Translations under genes and position numbers: made by a program
From: Stegostoma tigrinum
Taxonomy: Eukaryota
Assembly (NCBI RefSeq): GCF_030684315.1
Contig: NC_081397.1
Span: forward strand, 9,362,001-9,426,000
Direction of reading: 5' to 3'
Length of the DNA: 64,000 bases
Shown here: positions 51,800 through 64,000 of the stretch, in pieces
Layout of the letters: every line of letters begins with the position of its first letter
How positions within the stretch are numbered: the stretch's first letter is position 1
Notes under the pieces: model-generated
What the model was told of the DNA's origin: nothing
What the model saw: only the letters and a program-made list of their open reading frames with translations
The model's database searches: none

Positions 51800-53307
51800 C
51801 CAGAGAGACCAGATCACAATAGAGGATGCCAATGTTATTATGGGGAGCAAGCGTGATTGTCCTGAGTACAGATTACTGCCAGGTATGGCTGAATTCCACT
51901 AGGGTCATCCAGGGGTTTTGAAAATGAAGATGTTGGTGAGAAGTTATGTCTGGCGACCAGATTAGATGTGAACATGGCTGCATTAGTTGGGTGGGTGCCC
52001 AGAGTGCCAACAAGGACAAAGCATACTGCAGGAGCTCCCTCACATACGTGACAATGTTCAGGTAAACCCCACACTCAGTTACACATTGAGCCCATGAAAG
52101 GACTGAGATTGTCAATGTTCTTAGTCATTGTACATGCCCATGCAAACTATTTCGACATACATAGAGTTCATTGGGCAAACACGAGGTAATGATAGAAAAA
52201 CTGTGCATCTTTTGCAATGTACAGACTCCCAGAAGTGTTGATCATGATAATGGGCCATTGTTTACCAACTGGGAAATTGAGTATTTCCTAAAATTGCGTG
52301 GTATTCATCAATGACAGTCCTACACCATTCATTATCCAATGATCCAACAGAAAGAACAGTCTCAACTTTGAAGGCATGTTTAACGAAACAGACTGCAGGC
52401 TCACGAGACACCAGGCAGCCTGGGTTCCTATTTGAATATAGAGCCACACATCATGCACCTACAGGGATAGCTCCAGTAGAGTTGCCAATTGGGAGAACAC
52501 TCCACACCAGATTCAACCTGATCTTCCCGGACCTGGTGGAGAGGCTGAAATGTCATCAGGAAAGCCAATACTAGACACAAGATCCCTCTAAGCAAGAGAG
52601 ACAGTTTACCTCAGGTGATGAAGTTTTGTGTAGGAACCACAGGAATTGGCCTGCATGGTAAGATGCATGGTTAATGTGACAGTAGGTCCTGTAAAGTATA
52701 AAGCTCAGGTAGGTATGACATCCCTGAACAAACACATAGACCTCAGGAAAGCTGCAAACTTGCAGACAGTGCAGGAGCAAAATGTGCCTGGCTCCTCAAT
52801 TGCTTTCCCAACTGTCCCAGAACCTCTCTGTCAGAGGTTAAAGACACCTTAGAATCTGAGATGAACACAACAGATGTTGCTGCCTCAACATCTTTGTTGC
52901 CTGAAGAGGAAAATGAATTTCTTCTGACGTGCTTTGCATTCAATAGGTGAGCTGTTGTGTATTACACACCGCCTGTATCAGAGGCAGAGTTGGAGGATCC
53001 TGACCCGGTGCTAAAACACCCCAAGAGGAGCTACAATTTTTAAAAAAACGGCCTATATCCTTGCACATGACAGGGAGGGATTCAATTATGCTGTCAGGCA
53101 AGTAGACCTGAGAGAATGAGTTCCCTGATTGGACCAGAATAACAGCCCCAATCAGGGAGTCCTGGCTGACAAATATTTAACAGGAGTATCAGATATCCTC
53201 TTCAATCTAAGAGCTGGCTCTGAGTCAGCTGGATCAGTGTCCAGGGCTTTCGATGCATGAATAAAGGGTGACTTGGTGATGGGATACCAGCCTCTGGGTA
53301 ATTTACC
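51800..53307 (+). mobile_element. Degenerate Gypsy-type LTR retrotransposon: integrase, polypurine tract and 3' LTR
   Basis: GHPGVLKMKMLVRSYVW/CPECQ zinc-binding motif, DNGPLF, SNDPTERTVSTLK, YRATHHAPTGIAPVEL. PPT CAGGGAGGGA at 53071-53080, LTR ~53081-53307 with AATAAA at 53260. Confidence 0.85.
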
Positions 53308-53309
53308 CT

Positions 53310-55480
53310 TGCTGTTAACTCCTCAAGAAAGAATAGATGCTTCCTATCCACACTGTCCATGCCCCTCATAACCTTACTCACCTCTATCAAATCTCACCTC
53401 AGCCTTGTCTGCTCCTAAGAAAGCAACTCGAGCTTATCAAGCTTCTCTTCATCGCTGAAATGCTCTGTCACAGGCAACGTCCTGCGGAGTCACCCTGCAT
53501 TCTCTCCAGTGCAGTCACATCCTTCCTAAAGCGTGGAGGCTGCACAGAGCTCCAGCTGTGGCTTCACCAAAGTCCTGTCCCGCTCCAGTATCACCTCCCC
53601 GTCCCTATAATCTATATCTTGACTATAAAGGCAAGTGTCCCAAACGCCTCCCTCACCACCCTATTAACCTGTCCTGCCACCATCTATGGACAAGTTCCCC
53701 AAGATCTCTGTGTTCTTCTGAGCCTCCTAGTGTCCTGCTACTAAATCACTGATCACTCCATTTGGGATTGCCAAGGTTGTAAAACAGCATTTTGCCCATA
53801 TAATTAGTTCAACCTTTCTAATATGAATGAAGAGAATAAAAAGTTTCAATCTCCCTGTTTGAGGAATGGATGCCATTGGAGGCAGTTCAGAGGAGACTTG
53901 CTTGATTGTTTACAGAGATGACGGGTTTGTCTTACAAAGAGAGTTTCAGCCTATACTCCCTGGCGTTTCGAAAAACGAGAGGAAATCTAACTGAGGGATA
54001 TAAAACGCTAAAAACAAATATCACAAAGGAGATGGAGAGAGGATGTTTCCTTGTGTGGGACAACCGAGAATGAGAGGCCATTGTTTTAGGAGAAAAGGTT
54101 GGGCAGATTGAAAATTGAGATGAGGAGGAGTGGCTTGGATCCCATTTGCACTTAGAACTGGAGCTGGACAGACTGGTGCGGGAGGTTTGGTGTGTGTGTG
54201 TTGGGGGGGGGGCGGGATGTGGTTGTGAAGTTGAACCTACTTATAAAACAAACAAGAATGTGGTGGGAGGGAGTGTCTCGGTTTAACGTGAGCTACAAAT
54301 GGAGCAAGTTCGGGTGAAATGAGGAAGAACTGTTTCCATCGAGAAATGAGTTGGGGTCTGGGGTGCACTGCCTGGGAATGTGAGGTGAAGGCTGTTTCAA
54401 TTTGAGAAAGGTGTTGGGCCAGGAATTGGACAGGAGTGGGCCATCCAGGGATCTGACATTGGGCGTAAGATAATTGAGCCCTGGGGGTTACAGTGGCTGC
54501 AATGAACTGAATGACCTTCTCCTGTCCCTATCACACAGCTGGGCCTCCATTACTCGGCCTCCTGAGCTGACTCAGAGAGTTGACGAACCTCTGCTGGAGG
54601 GGAATGGAATCTGAGCACTTTCGAACCTCCTATTGATTTGTGCGAGAGGTTGATATTGGTTTCGTCCCATCTTGACAGCGGAGAAAGAGAGAGAGAGTCA
54701 GGGTGTGGGGGAGCGGGGTGAGGGGGGGCTATAGACCCCATAGAGTGGAGAGATTGGAAAGGTTTCGAAGGATATGGGCCAAACACAGGCAAATGAGACG
54801 AGCTGGGTTTGGAAAACCTGCTCATGGACAAGTTGCACCAAAGAATCTGTTTCTGTGCATTCTGACTCTGTGATTGATTGGTGCACTGGAAAGCTCGAAT
54901 CAAAACTCACTTTACTCTGACTGCACTATTAAAATACAACGAAAATAAGAATTAGCATAACTTTAGTAGTTAGTATTTCAGTTGAGTAATCAACAACTGT
55001 TCTGATACCGGCAGCATTCCATACACACATGCTTTGGCGAAAATGCACTTCAGTAACACAGTTATGATTTCTTCATGTGTTGGTTCTCTTGAGTCTAGAA
55101 GAAAGAATCGATCTTCCTGTTTTGATTTTTAAGAGTGAGTCTCGCTGTCTGATGAGGGAGAGGTTGATTAGGTTGGGTCAGTCCTCGTTGGAGTTTGGAA
55201 GAATGAGAGGCATTCTTATTGCAAATTCTTAGAGTTATTTTACAGGGAGATAAGGAGAGAGGTTGTTTCCCCTTCTCTGGGACAAGAGAGGCACCTTCTC
55301 AGAATAAGGGAGGTCACCCATTGAAGATGGAGATGAAGAAGAGTTTCTTCTCTCTGGAGGGAATCGATCTGTGGAATCCTTTACTGCAGAGGGCTGGGTC
55401 ATTGAGTGTATTGTGGGGTTAGATTTTTAATTAGGAAGGAGAATGATGGTGTTGGGGCTAATGGGGTGGGGGGTGTAGAA
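53310..55480. mobile_element. Patchwork of old CR1 3' fragments in both orientations
   Basis: IEVSKVMRGMDSVD (minus) and EMKKSFFSLEGIDLWNPL (plus), among others. Confidence 0.7.
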
Positions 55481-55628
55481 ATGTATCGGCGACTGACATC
55501 TGTGTCCGACCTTGACCTCTCTCAGACTCCCTGGCTGCGCTCCCCTGCCACCAGCAGGATCAGACAAGGAGGAAACAGCAGACTGAGTCACTGACTGAAT
55601 ACACACCCCAAACAGACAGGGCGCTGCG

Positions 55629-55659
55629 ATGGAGATCCTCACCACTCTCCTGCTGCTCG
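55629..55659 (+). CDS. Fc-receptor-like Ig gene, signal-peptide exon 1 (MEILTTLLLL)
   Basis: GCGATGG Kozak context, hydrophobic run, phase-1 donor G|GTACGT. Upstream GAGGAA (55569) and TGAGTCA (55584). Linkage to the downstream exons is inferred from phase and orientation. Confidence 0.7.
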
Positions 55660-56699
55660 GTACGTACCTCCAACGTTAATCCATTTCCGAGTGGCCGCAA
55701 GAGATAAATCTGTTACTCGCCTCCTGCCCTCAGCTTGGTGCACAATCAGAATGTGAACAGACACACTCCCATCCAGGCTGTGTACAGACAGCATTCCAGA
55801 TGTGTGTTGGCATTTCCCACATTGTCCAACAAATGCACACGGTCTCTCCCTCACATACTCTTCCTCTCATATTCTCTTTTGTACGCATACTTTTTTTTCT
55901 CACCCAGTCTCTCTCACTCTGTCTCATAAAGTCTCTCTCTCTCTCTCACAATCACTCTCACAATCTCTCACACACTTTTTCTCATGCACACACTCTCTTT
56001 CATGCACAGAGATAATAAGGTGGAGAGCTGTATTAACACAACAGGCCAAGCAGGAAAGCTGACGTTTCAGGTCTGGACCCTTCTAAAGAAATGCACACGT
56101 TTGAGACAGTGTGACAGAGAGACTATGGGAGAATGTGTGTGTGAAAGAGGGTGTGCTAAAGAGAATGATGTCTGTGGAAAGACCCTTTGCTTTTCTTTGC
56201 CAGGTTTCTCATTGATTGCAAACAATTCTGACCTCTTGCAGACAATGAATACTAAATATCCTTTGAAAATTGAGTATCTTTTATTGTTGCATGCATTCAA
56301 TATCAAATGCAGTGAAAAGTGTGTGCTGTCGCTCATACATAAGTGTCATTCACAGAATAAAATAAAGATAACTTAAAGAGGTTCCAAATTTTCCTTCTCC
56401 ACTGCTACAGCATACCGCTGCCAGAGTCCCACTTCGGGCGTTCCAGCCCAGGCTATGCACTCGGGGGTTCATGCCCAGTGAGGAGAAAGGTATAAAGAGA
56501 TGCTGGGGAATCTCGCAGGGACCAGTCACTATGTTTTGTTCAGTCACTTGAACCTGATGTGTAACTGAAAAGGAAATGAATTTTAAACAAGATCTCCCAC
56601 CTAATATGCATTGTCTGACTTCAAATGTCACCTCTTCTTTCCATTGATAAAGCCTTTAGTTTCCTCAGGGCAGTTGACTTGAAATAAATTTGGGGATTG

Positions 56700-56955
56700 A
56701 CATTAACATATTAACCAATTAAAACTTTTTAACTGGTTAAAGATTTAATAACATCTTGGGTTTGTTTAATGCATCTTCATCAGTAGTGTGACCCTTTGAT
56801 CTTTTATCTATAAATTCTGTATCTGATACCACCGCTCGCACTAACACCTGAAGAAGAAGTGAGATTCCAAAAGCTTGTGTTTTCAAATAAACCTGTTGGA
56901 CTAGAGTGATTTCTGACCTTATCAACCCCAGTCCAACACTGGCACCTCCACATCA
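56700..56955 (+). mobile_element. 3' end of a further Penelope-like family; a shorter copy lies at ~46775-46862
   Basis: CTGAAGA...CCAAAAGCTT decayed hammerhead, then AATAAACCTGTTGGACT...CCCCAGTCCAACAC. Confidence 0.55.
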
Positions 56956-57282
56956 GGACTTAGGCAAGGCAAATGATTCTGAATAAATCCACTGGCATTT
57001 TCTGAGTGTCAAAGTATAGTTAAGCGAGAACTAGTAAGTGTAGTATTTTTGGTTTTTCAGAAGACTTTTGATTGAAGGTTCTTGTGCAAAGTGAAAGCAC
57101 AAGGAATTGAGGGCAGTATGTTGTTGTGGGCTGAGAATTAGTTGACAGACAGGAAACAGGGTGGGAACCCTTTGTCGGAGAGGCAAATAGTGATGCGTGG
57201 AACACAGCAGGGAGCAGCACTTGGGCCCAGCCACTCTCAATATATATTAATGACCTGTATGAGGGAGCCACATTCAATGGTT

Positions 57283-58790
57283 ATATGATCATGGGAACTG
57301 CGGATGCTGGAGAATCCAAGATAACAAAGTGGGGATGTACACCTCTTCCTCCATTACATTGATGACTGTATCATCGCTGCCTCTTGCTCCCCAGAGGAGC
57401 TCAAACAGTTCATCCACTTCCCCAACACCTTCCACCCCAACCTCAAGCTCACCTGGGACATCTCCAACACATCCCTCACCTTCCTGGACCTCTCAGTTTC
57501 CATCTCAGGTAACCAGCTAGAAACTGATGTCCACTTCAAGCCCACTGACTCCCACAGCTACCTAGAATGCACCTCCTCCGACCTACCACCCTGCAAAAAT
57601 TCCATCCCCATTCCCATTTCCTCCGCCTCCGCCGCATCTGCTCCCAGGATGAGGCATTCCACTCCCGCACATCCCAGATGTCCACATTCTTCAAGGACCG
57701 CAACATTCCCCCCGCAGTGGTCGAGAACACCCTAGACTGCATCTCCAGCATTTCCCGCGACACATCCCTCACACCCTGCCCCCGCCACAACCGCCCCCAG
57801 AGGAACCCCTCATTCTCACATACCACCCCACCGACCTCCGGATACAACGTATCATCCTCCGACACTTCCGCCATCTACAATCCAACCCCACCACGCAAGC
57901 AATTTTTCCATCCCCACCCTTGTCTGGCTGCTGGAGAGACCACCCTCTCCGCGACTCCCTTGTCTGCTCCACACTCCCCTCCAACCCCACCACACCTGGC
58001 ACCTTCCCCTGCAACCACAGGAAGTGCTACACTAGCCCCCACACCTCCTCTCTCACCCCTATCCTAGGCCCCAAGATGGCCTTCCATATCAAGCAGATGT
58101 TCACCTGCACATCTGCCAATGTGGTGTATTGTATCCATTGCACCCGGTGTGGCTTCCTCTACATTGGGGAAACCAAGTGGAGGCTTGGGGATCGCTTTGC
58201 AGAACACCTCCGCTCGGTTTGCAACAAACAACTGCACCTCCCAGTCGCGAACCATTTCAACTCCCCCTCACATTCCTCAGACGACATGTCTATCATGGGC
58301 CTCCTGCAGTGCCACAATAATGCCACCAGAAGGTTACAAGAACAGCAACTCATATTCCGCTTGGGAACCCTGCAGCCTAATGGTATCAATGTGGACTTCA
58401 CCAGCTTCAAAATCTCCCCCTCCCCCACTGCATCCCAAAACCAGTCCAACCTGTCTCTGCTTCCCTAACCTGTTCTTCCTCTCACCCATCCCATCCTCCC
58501 ACCTCAAGCCGCACCTCCATTTCCTACCTACCACCTCATCTTGCCTCTTTGACCTGTCCATCTTCCCTGGACTGAGCTATCCCCTCCCTACCTCCTCACC
58601 TATACACTCCTCTCTACCTATCTTGTCTTCTCTCCATCTTCGGTCCACCTCCCCCTCTCTCCCTATTTATTCCAGTTCCCTCGCCCCCATCCCCCTCTCT
58701 GATGAAGGGTCTAGGCCCGAAACGTCAGCTTTTGTGCTCCTGAGATGCTGCTGGGCCTGCTGTGTTCATCCAGCTCCACACTTTGTAATC
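57283..58790 (+). mobile_element. Neptune-type Penelope-like element with inverted tail at its 5' end, 10-bp TSD
   Basis: YIDD catalytic RT motif (TACATTGATGAC), VVYCIHCTRCGFLYIGETK GIY-YIG. TTCAATGGTT at 57273-57282 and 58791-58800. 57286-57334 is the reverse complement of the tail. Confidence 0.95.
58699..58726 (+). ncRNA. Minimal hammerhead ribozyme core in the Penelope terminal repeat
   Basis: CTGATGA-A-GGGT(CTAG)GCCC-GAAA-CGTC has the conserved boxes, stem II, palindromic ACGT and a GUC triplet. Stem I is only ~2 bp, so activity is uncertain. Confidence 0.65.
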
Positions 58791-59329
58791 TTCAATGGTT
58801 CCAAGTTTGGTCATGACACAAAATTGGGCAGGATTGTGGGGAGGGCACAAAGGAGGTGAGTTCGACACATTGAGTGGGGCAAACACACGGCAGATGTGAA
58901 AGTTATACACCTCTGCTTTGGAGAAACAGAAAGCGAATATAATTGAAATGGTCATGTATTGGGAAGTGTGGACATACAAAGAGATCCAAGTGTCAATAAA
59001 AGTAGACATTCAGGTGTGACCAGTTATTAGGAAGGTAAATAGGACATGGGCGTTCATTGCAAGAGGATTGAAGTTTGGAAGTCAGGATGTCTTGCTGCAG
59101 ATATACAGGGTCTCCCTGAGACAACAGGCTCGAGGGGCCAAATGGCTGTTTTGAACTCAATCTCATTAAAAAATGACACAATGATTACTAAAGAATTCAT
59201 TCACAGGTTGCAGGCATCACTGGTTGGGCTCATGATTAATTGACTTCACTTTTTGTTCTATATTTTTATAGAATTCAACATTGACTCTCAGCCCATGACA
59301 GGAATTAAATCCAGGACCCTAGAAAAACT

Positions 59330-59887
59330 CTCTCCCTGTCTCTCTCTGAATCTGCCCATGTTCCTCGCTCTCTCTTTCTCTCTCTCTGACCCATCTCCCT
59401 TCTCCTTCTCCCTATCTCTGTCTTCCCTCCCATTTTCTCTCTGTCTCCCAACTCTCTCTCTCCCTCTCTCTTTCTTGCTCCCATGCTCACTCACTCCTTT
59501 TCTTTCTTCCTTCTGTCTGTCCCACGCTATGCCTCACACTTTTTCTCACTGTGTCTCTTTCTGACTCTAAACATCCTATTGCTGTCTCTGTTTCTCCCAT
59601 CCTTTTCTTTCTCTCCTTCCCTCTCTTTCCCTCACAGGGTCACTCTTTGTCCTCTCCCCTCTCTCACTCACTCACACATGCACATACACACACAGACTTC
59701 TCTGTCTCTCTCACACACACAAAGACACCCCTGTCTCACAGACATACACAGTCACAGACTCGTCTCTATCACTGTCTCTGACACACACACATGCACACTT
59801 TCTCACACATACTCTATCTGACATGCACACACACAAGCACAAATTCTGTTACACACAAACACACACTCTCTCTCTCACACACGCACG

Positions 59888-59937
<50 letters not shown>

Positions 59938-60000
59938 TTTTTTCTTGTGCACATACACATGCACGTGTACTTTTGCTCACACACCGTCACATGCACAGGA
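59330..60000. repeat. CT/CA-rich low-complexity and microsatellite tract
   Basis: Imperfect (CT)n and (CA)n runs, near-perfect at ~59887-59937. A similar tract lies at 55850-56000. Confidence 0.9.
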
Positions 60001-60408
60001 CCTCAACAAGTGAGCCTCATTACGCATCACCACTGAACAAATTAAGCTAAGCCATTTGATCAGCAGTCGGCCCTTCACCCTATTGAGTCTGTTCCACCAT
60101 TCCAGGAGATCGTGACTAATCTGATCATCCCCAACTCCACTTTTCCATCGATTTCCCCTTCCTGATAAAAAAAATCTCACGAGCTCAGTCCTGAATCTAC
60201 TTTCTAAACCCATTTCTTTTGGGCAATGGGAAAGACATCTGCGGACATTGTTAATAAACATTTCAGGGGATAGGACACATCACTTCGATGTATTTTAAAG
60301 CATGACTTACCTGGAGCAAGTTTCAAAGATGTAGCCACTGAATAATTTTCTATATGTTGACATAAAGCCCACAAAACTTATCAATTGTACCTGGTTGTGT
60401 GTTTTCAG

Positions 60409-60438
60409 GGCAAGCGATGATTGTACCAATACAAGAAG
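60409..60438 (+). CDS. Fc-receptor-like Ig gene, 30-nt second leader mini-exon (GQAMIVPIQE)
   Basis: Acceptor TGTGTTTTCAG, donor AG|GTATGT, phase 1-1, open in frame with both neighbours, in non-repetitive sequence. Confidence 0.6.
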
Positions 60439-60649
60439 GTATGTTGATCTCCAGTGCAGCTTCGTTTTATGACATATTGATGAACTCCACAGTGTCAGTA
60501 CTGCAGCCAATGGAAAGTATTGTGGGTGCAAAAGATCTGAAACAAACACTGAGAGAGCTGGAGAAACTCAACAGGTCCGGCAGCATCTGTGGAGAGAGAG
60601 GGAGTGAGAAAATCAGAGTTAACATTTCGAGTCCTTCACACTCATGACT

Positions 60650-61860
60650 TTGCGTCATAGAGATTTACAACAATGGAAACAGACCCTTTGGACCAAATCA
60701 TCCATGCCAACCAGATAGCCTAAATTAATCTAGTCCTATTTGGCACATATCCCGCTAATTCTCTTCCTACTCATGTACTCATCCAAATGCACTTTAAATG
60801 TAATTATACCAGCCTCCAGCGCCTCCTCTTGCAGCTGCTTCCAAGCATGCACCACCCTCTGCATTAAAAAGTTGCCTTTTAGGTCCCTTTTAAATCTTTC
60901 CCCTCTCATGTTAAACCTGTGCCCTCTGGCTCTGGACTGCCGTACCCTGGGGCAAAGACCTTGGCTATTCACTCTATTCGTGCCCCTCAGAAAGGTCACC
61001 CCTCAGCCTCCAATGCTCCAGGAAAAATAACTCCAGCCTATTCAACTTGCCCCTACAGCTCAAACCCTCCAACACTGGCAACATCCTTGTTAATCTTTTC
61101 TGAACCCTTTCAAGTTTGTCGACATCTTTCCTGTAGCAGTATTCTAAACGTAGCCTAACCAATCTCCTCTACAGCCACAGCATGACCTCCCAACTCCTAT
61201 ACTCAATGAACTGACCAATGAAGGCAAACATAACAAACATCTTCTTCATTTCTTTCAACTCCCTCAATGTACTATGAACCTTCACCCCAAGGTCTCTTTG
61301 TTTGGCAGCACTCCCAGGATCCTACCATCAAGTGTGTAAGTCTTGCCCTAATTTGCCTCACTAAAATGCAACACCTCACCTTTATTTAAATTAAACTCCA
61401 TCTGCACTCCTCAGCCCATCCGTGGTCTCACTGTACTCTGAGATAAACATTTTCACTGTATATTTTACCACCAAATTTGGTGTCAACTGCAAACTTAGGA
61501 ACCATGCTTCTTACATTCACATCCAAATCATTTGTGTAATTGATGAAAAATAGCGGATTTGGCGGCGACCCATGCGGCACACTGCTGATCACAGGCCTTC
61601 TGACTGAAACGCAACCCTGCGCCACCATCCTGTGTATCCTACCTACAAGCCAGTTTTGTATCCAATTGTCTAGCTCTCCCTGTATTCCATGTGATGTTAC
61701 CTTGCTAACCAGCCTACCATGTGGAATGTTGGCAAGCACCTTGCTGAAGTCCATTTAGACAATGTCCACCACTCTGCCTTCATCAATCTTCTTTGTCATT
61801 CTTCAAAATATTCACTCAAGTTAGTGAGACAAAATTTTCCATGCAGAACACCATGTTGGC
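60650..61860 (-). mobile_element. Degenerate CR1 ORF2 3' part
   Basis: MDFSKVLANIPHGRL, FAVDTK, LERVQKRLTRMLP, RGHRFNMRGERF. Confidence 0.9.
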
Positions 61861-61869
61861 AGTCCCTTG

Positions 61870-62400
61870 TACCTCGGGGATAGTGGACAGGCTTCGGGCA
61901 GTCGGGAGGTGTGTCACTCAGTGCAGGATTCCCAGCCTCTGACCCATTCTTGTAGCTTATATGGCAAGTCCAGTTCAGTTTCTGGTCAATGGTAATCCCC
62001 AGGATTCTGATAGTTGGGGGAATTCAGTGATGATAATACCATGGAAAGTCAAGGAACAGTAGTTAGATTCTCTCTCAGTGGTAACCACCTGGATGTTGAT
62101 CGTGGAGGGGTCAGTGGTGGTTCAATGAACATTAAGAGAGTGATGGTAGTCAACCCCAGGATGTCGACAGTGGGGGATTCAGTGTTACACCATTGAATGT
62201 TAAGGGGCTAATAGTTAGATTCTCTCTTAGTGATAATCCCCAGGGTGTTGATAATGGGGGAATTCAGTGACGGTAATAGCATTGAATGTCAAGGAATGAT
62301 AGTGAGATTTTCTATTATTTGAGACGGCCATTGCCTGGCATTTGTGTGGTGCAAATTTTACTTGCCATTTGTCAGCCCTTGCCTGGATATTGGACTGCTT
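61870..62400 (-). mobile_element. LINE fragment (family of 37975-39410) with an internal triplication
   Basis: ADKWQVKFAPHKCQAMAVSN on the minus strand. CCCAGG...GGG(A)ATTCAGTG...AGATTCTCTC occurs three times. Confidence 0.7.
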
Positions 62401-62499
62401 AAGTTGCCAGAGCACCAAGCTGACCATCCTACTGCAGCAAGACGGTTTCAGTTCTTCCCCATGTGAATGTGTTTCTCTATGGATTAGGTTCCTCAACAG

Positions 62500-62757
62500 A
62501 GACTGGAACACCCGTACTAACGATGGAGCCAATGTGGAGGAGATTCTTAACGGGTGACTGGATCATTCTTAGATGTGATGCTGGTCGAGAGCTTCATTCT
62601 GTGAGATATAAGTGGTTCGTAAACAACAATATCAAAGAGTTCAGCGAGAAGATTTACACCATTGAGGCTGCTGGAATAGAGCATAATGGGGAATACAGAT
62701 GCCAAACTTTGACACAAACAACATCCGACAGTAACAGCATTCTCGTGAGAGTATCCG
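62500..62757 (+). CDS. Fc-receptor-like C2-type Ig domain exon (alternative in-phase acceptor at 62488)
   Basis: TPVLTMEPMWRRFLTGDWIILRC...YKWFVN...HNGEYRC...SNSILVRVS, with 41 residues between the cysteines. Phase-1 donor G|GTGAGT. Matches the FcR/FCRL domain pattern P-x-L-x-x-x-P-x-W...G(D/E)...L-x-C. Confidence 0.88.
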
Positions 62758-62880
62758 GTGAGTCACGCCAGTTTTGAATTAGTCAATCTCTTTGTCTCAA
62801 GTCGCATCCCTTCAGGCATTTGAGGGGAGTTGTATTAATTCCCAGGAATGGATGGGGGTGGGAAAAGCAAAAAAAGCAGT

Positions 62881-62975
62881 CTCTGATGAAGGGGCTAGGC
62901 CCGAAACATCAGCTTTTGTGCTCCTGAGATGCTGCTTGGCCTGCTGTGTTCATCCAGCTTCACACTTTATTATCT
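62881..62975 (+). mobile_element. Solo Penelope terminal-repeat fragment starting at the hammerhead core
   Basis: CTGATGAAGGGGCTAGGCCCGAAACATC (62883-62910) followed by the repeat up to TTTATTATCT. Confidence 0.85.
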
Positions 62976-64000
62976 ATGGTATTGGGATTCTGTTGGGATA
63001 GCACCACTGCTGTTGTGATGTGCAAAGTTTGACTGGAATTTGCTGTTATGATTGTCGGTCCACCCCGCCAGCTTTTCACCAAATTCCGCCCCCTCCACCC
63101 GAGCTTTGCTGTCAAGTACTGAGCCATATGCCCATGGACTGGGCAGCTTGGTCACTTGAGAATTGTTGGTAATGGGATCCGGAAGGGCAAAGATCTGACA
63201 AAGATTCCAGGCGGGACTCTTCTGAAGGTGGGGTTGATGGGTTTGATGGACACCGTCTCCTAGATCCAATATCGAGCCCAGATCTGACTGAGACTGAACG
63301 ACTGTTCCCTCGCAACTCTCACAGTGAAGAGGAGATTTGAACCCACCCTTGGGTCTGTCACTCTGGTTCGCTCAGTTGCTAGTTGGTGATATGACCAGAA
63401 CACCAACAGAACCCCTTGTATCATGTACAGTTCTTCACACACAGGGGACTGAGTTGGACAATCTCATTGATTGACAGAGCTCCACTCCTTGATCCTATTT
63501 TCTATGTTTCAATTCTCCTCATCCAACTCTTCAGCTTTCTACTGAACTGGCTATTTCCTTCTGTTTTTGTCCTTTCAATGTTACGATTCATTCATGTGTT
63601 TGTATGTATGACCGTCTTGTGATTTTGAGGGCATGAGTGTTTTTTTTTAATATTTCACTCAGACTGAGGGGTCTGTTCCTGCGCTGTATGACTCTGTGAC
63701 CATAAGTCTAATTCATTCTTGTAATCCTTTGTTAAACACCTCCCACTGCGCAGTTTCTCTTCCACAGTGAATGCAGGACATCATCAGATGATCGGTTCTC
63801 CTTTTCAAACATTAACGTGATGCATCAAAGACAGAATTGTGGACATCAGCCATATCTTATTACACATGTAGCCGGTGCTAACTGGTATCTCGGTAGAGCA
63901 GTGACTTGTGACACTGACGTTCTCAAATTCTGGACACATGGGATCAGAATGAGGTCATTCAGCTCATTGTGTCTGCCCCACCATACAATGAGATCGCAGC

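Larger units (their letters stand above)
57080..59140 (+). mobile_element. CR1 fragment split by the Penelope insertion (CR1 parts 57080-57282 and 58791-59140)
   Basis: QGAALGP...IYINDL on the left resumes as SKFGHDTKLG on the right. Confidence 0.8.

Noticed and set aside
54316-54326. IRF-Ets composite motif GAAATGAGGAA upstream of the FcR-like gene
   Set aside because: It lies in a CR1 3' fragment where this word encodes the usual EMRKN motif, so it is expected by descent.
59253-60050. Cluster of Ser/Leu/His/Thr- and Arg/Glu-rich ORFs
   Set aside because: These are translations of CT/CA microsatellite-like sequence.

Overview
This is repeat-rich vertebrate DNA, not prokaryotic. The repeat repertoire (CR1-type LINEs, Penelope-like elements, HE1/V-SINE-like and Deu-type SINEs) suggests a cartilaginous fish (inference). 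Host genes: (1) a small replication-dependent histone cluster with intact H2B and H4, an H2B remnant and a 5'-truncated H2A pseudogene, all with stem-loops; (2) a 5-finger C2H2 zinc-finger gene on the minus strand; (3) the first three coding exons of an Fc-receptor-like Ig-superfamily gene on the plus strand, running off the right edge. A degenerate ~49-bp satellite covers most of the first 10 kb. The strongest candidate for an under-described system is a family of Penelope-derived, hammerhead-ribozyme-bearing mini-elements. These include foldback copies with 15-bp target-site duplications, a tandem two-ribozyme unit, and sense-strand copies in the introns of the immune-receptor gene. A diverged, inverted pair of YY1/CpG promoter-like modules at 23.2-26.2 kb is also notable. 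Repeat boundaries were read by eye and are approximate, and no database searches were run.
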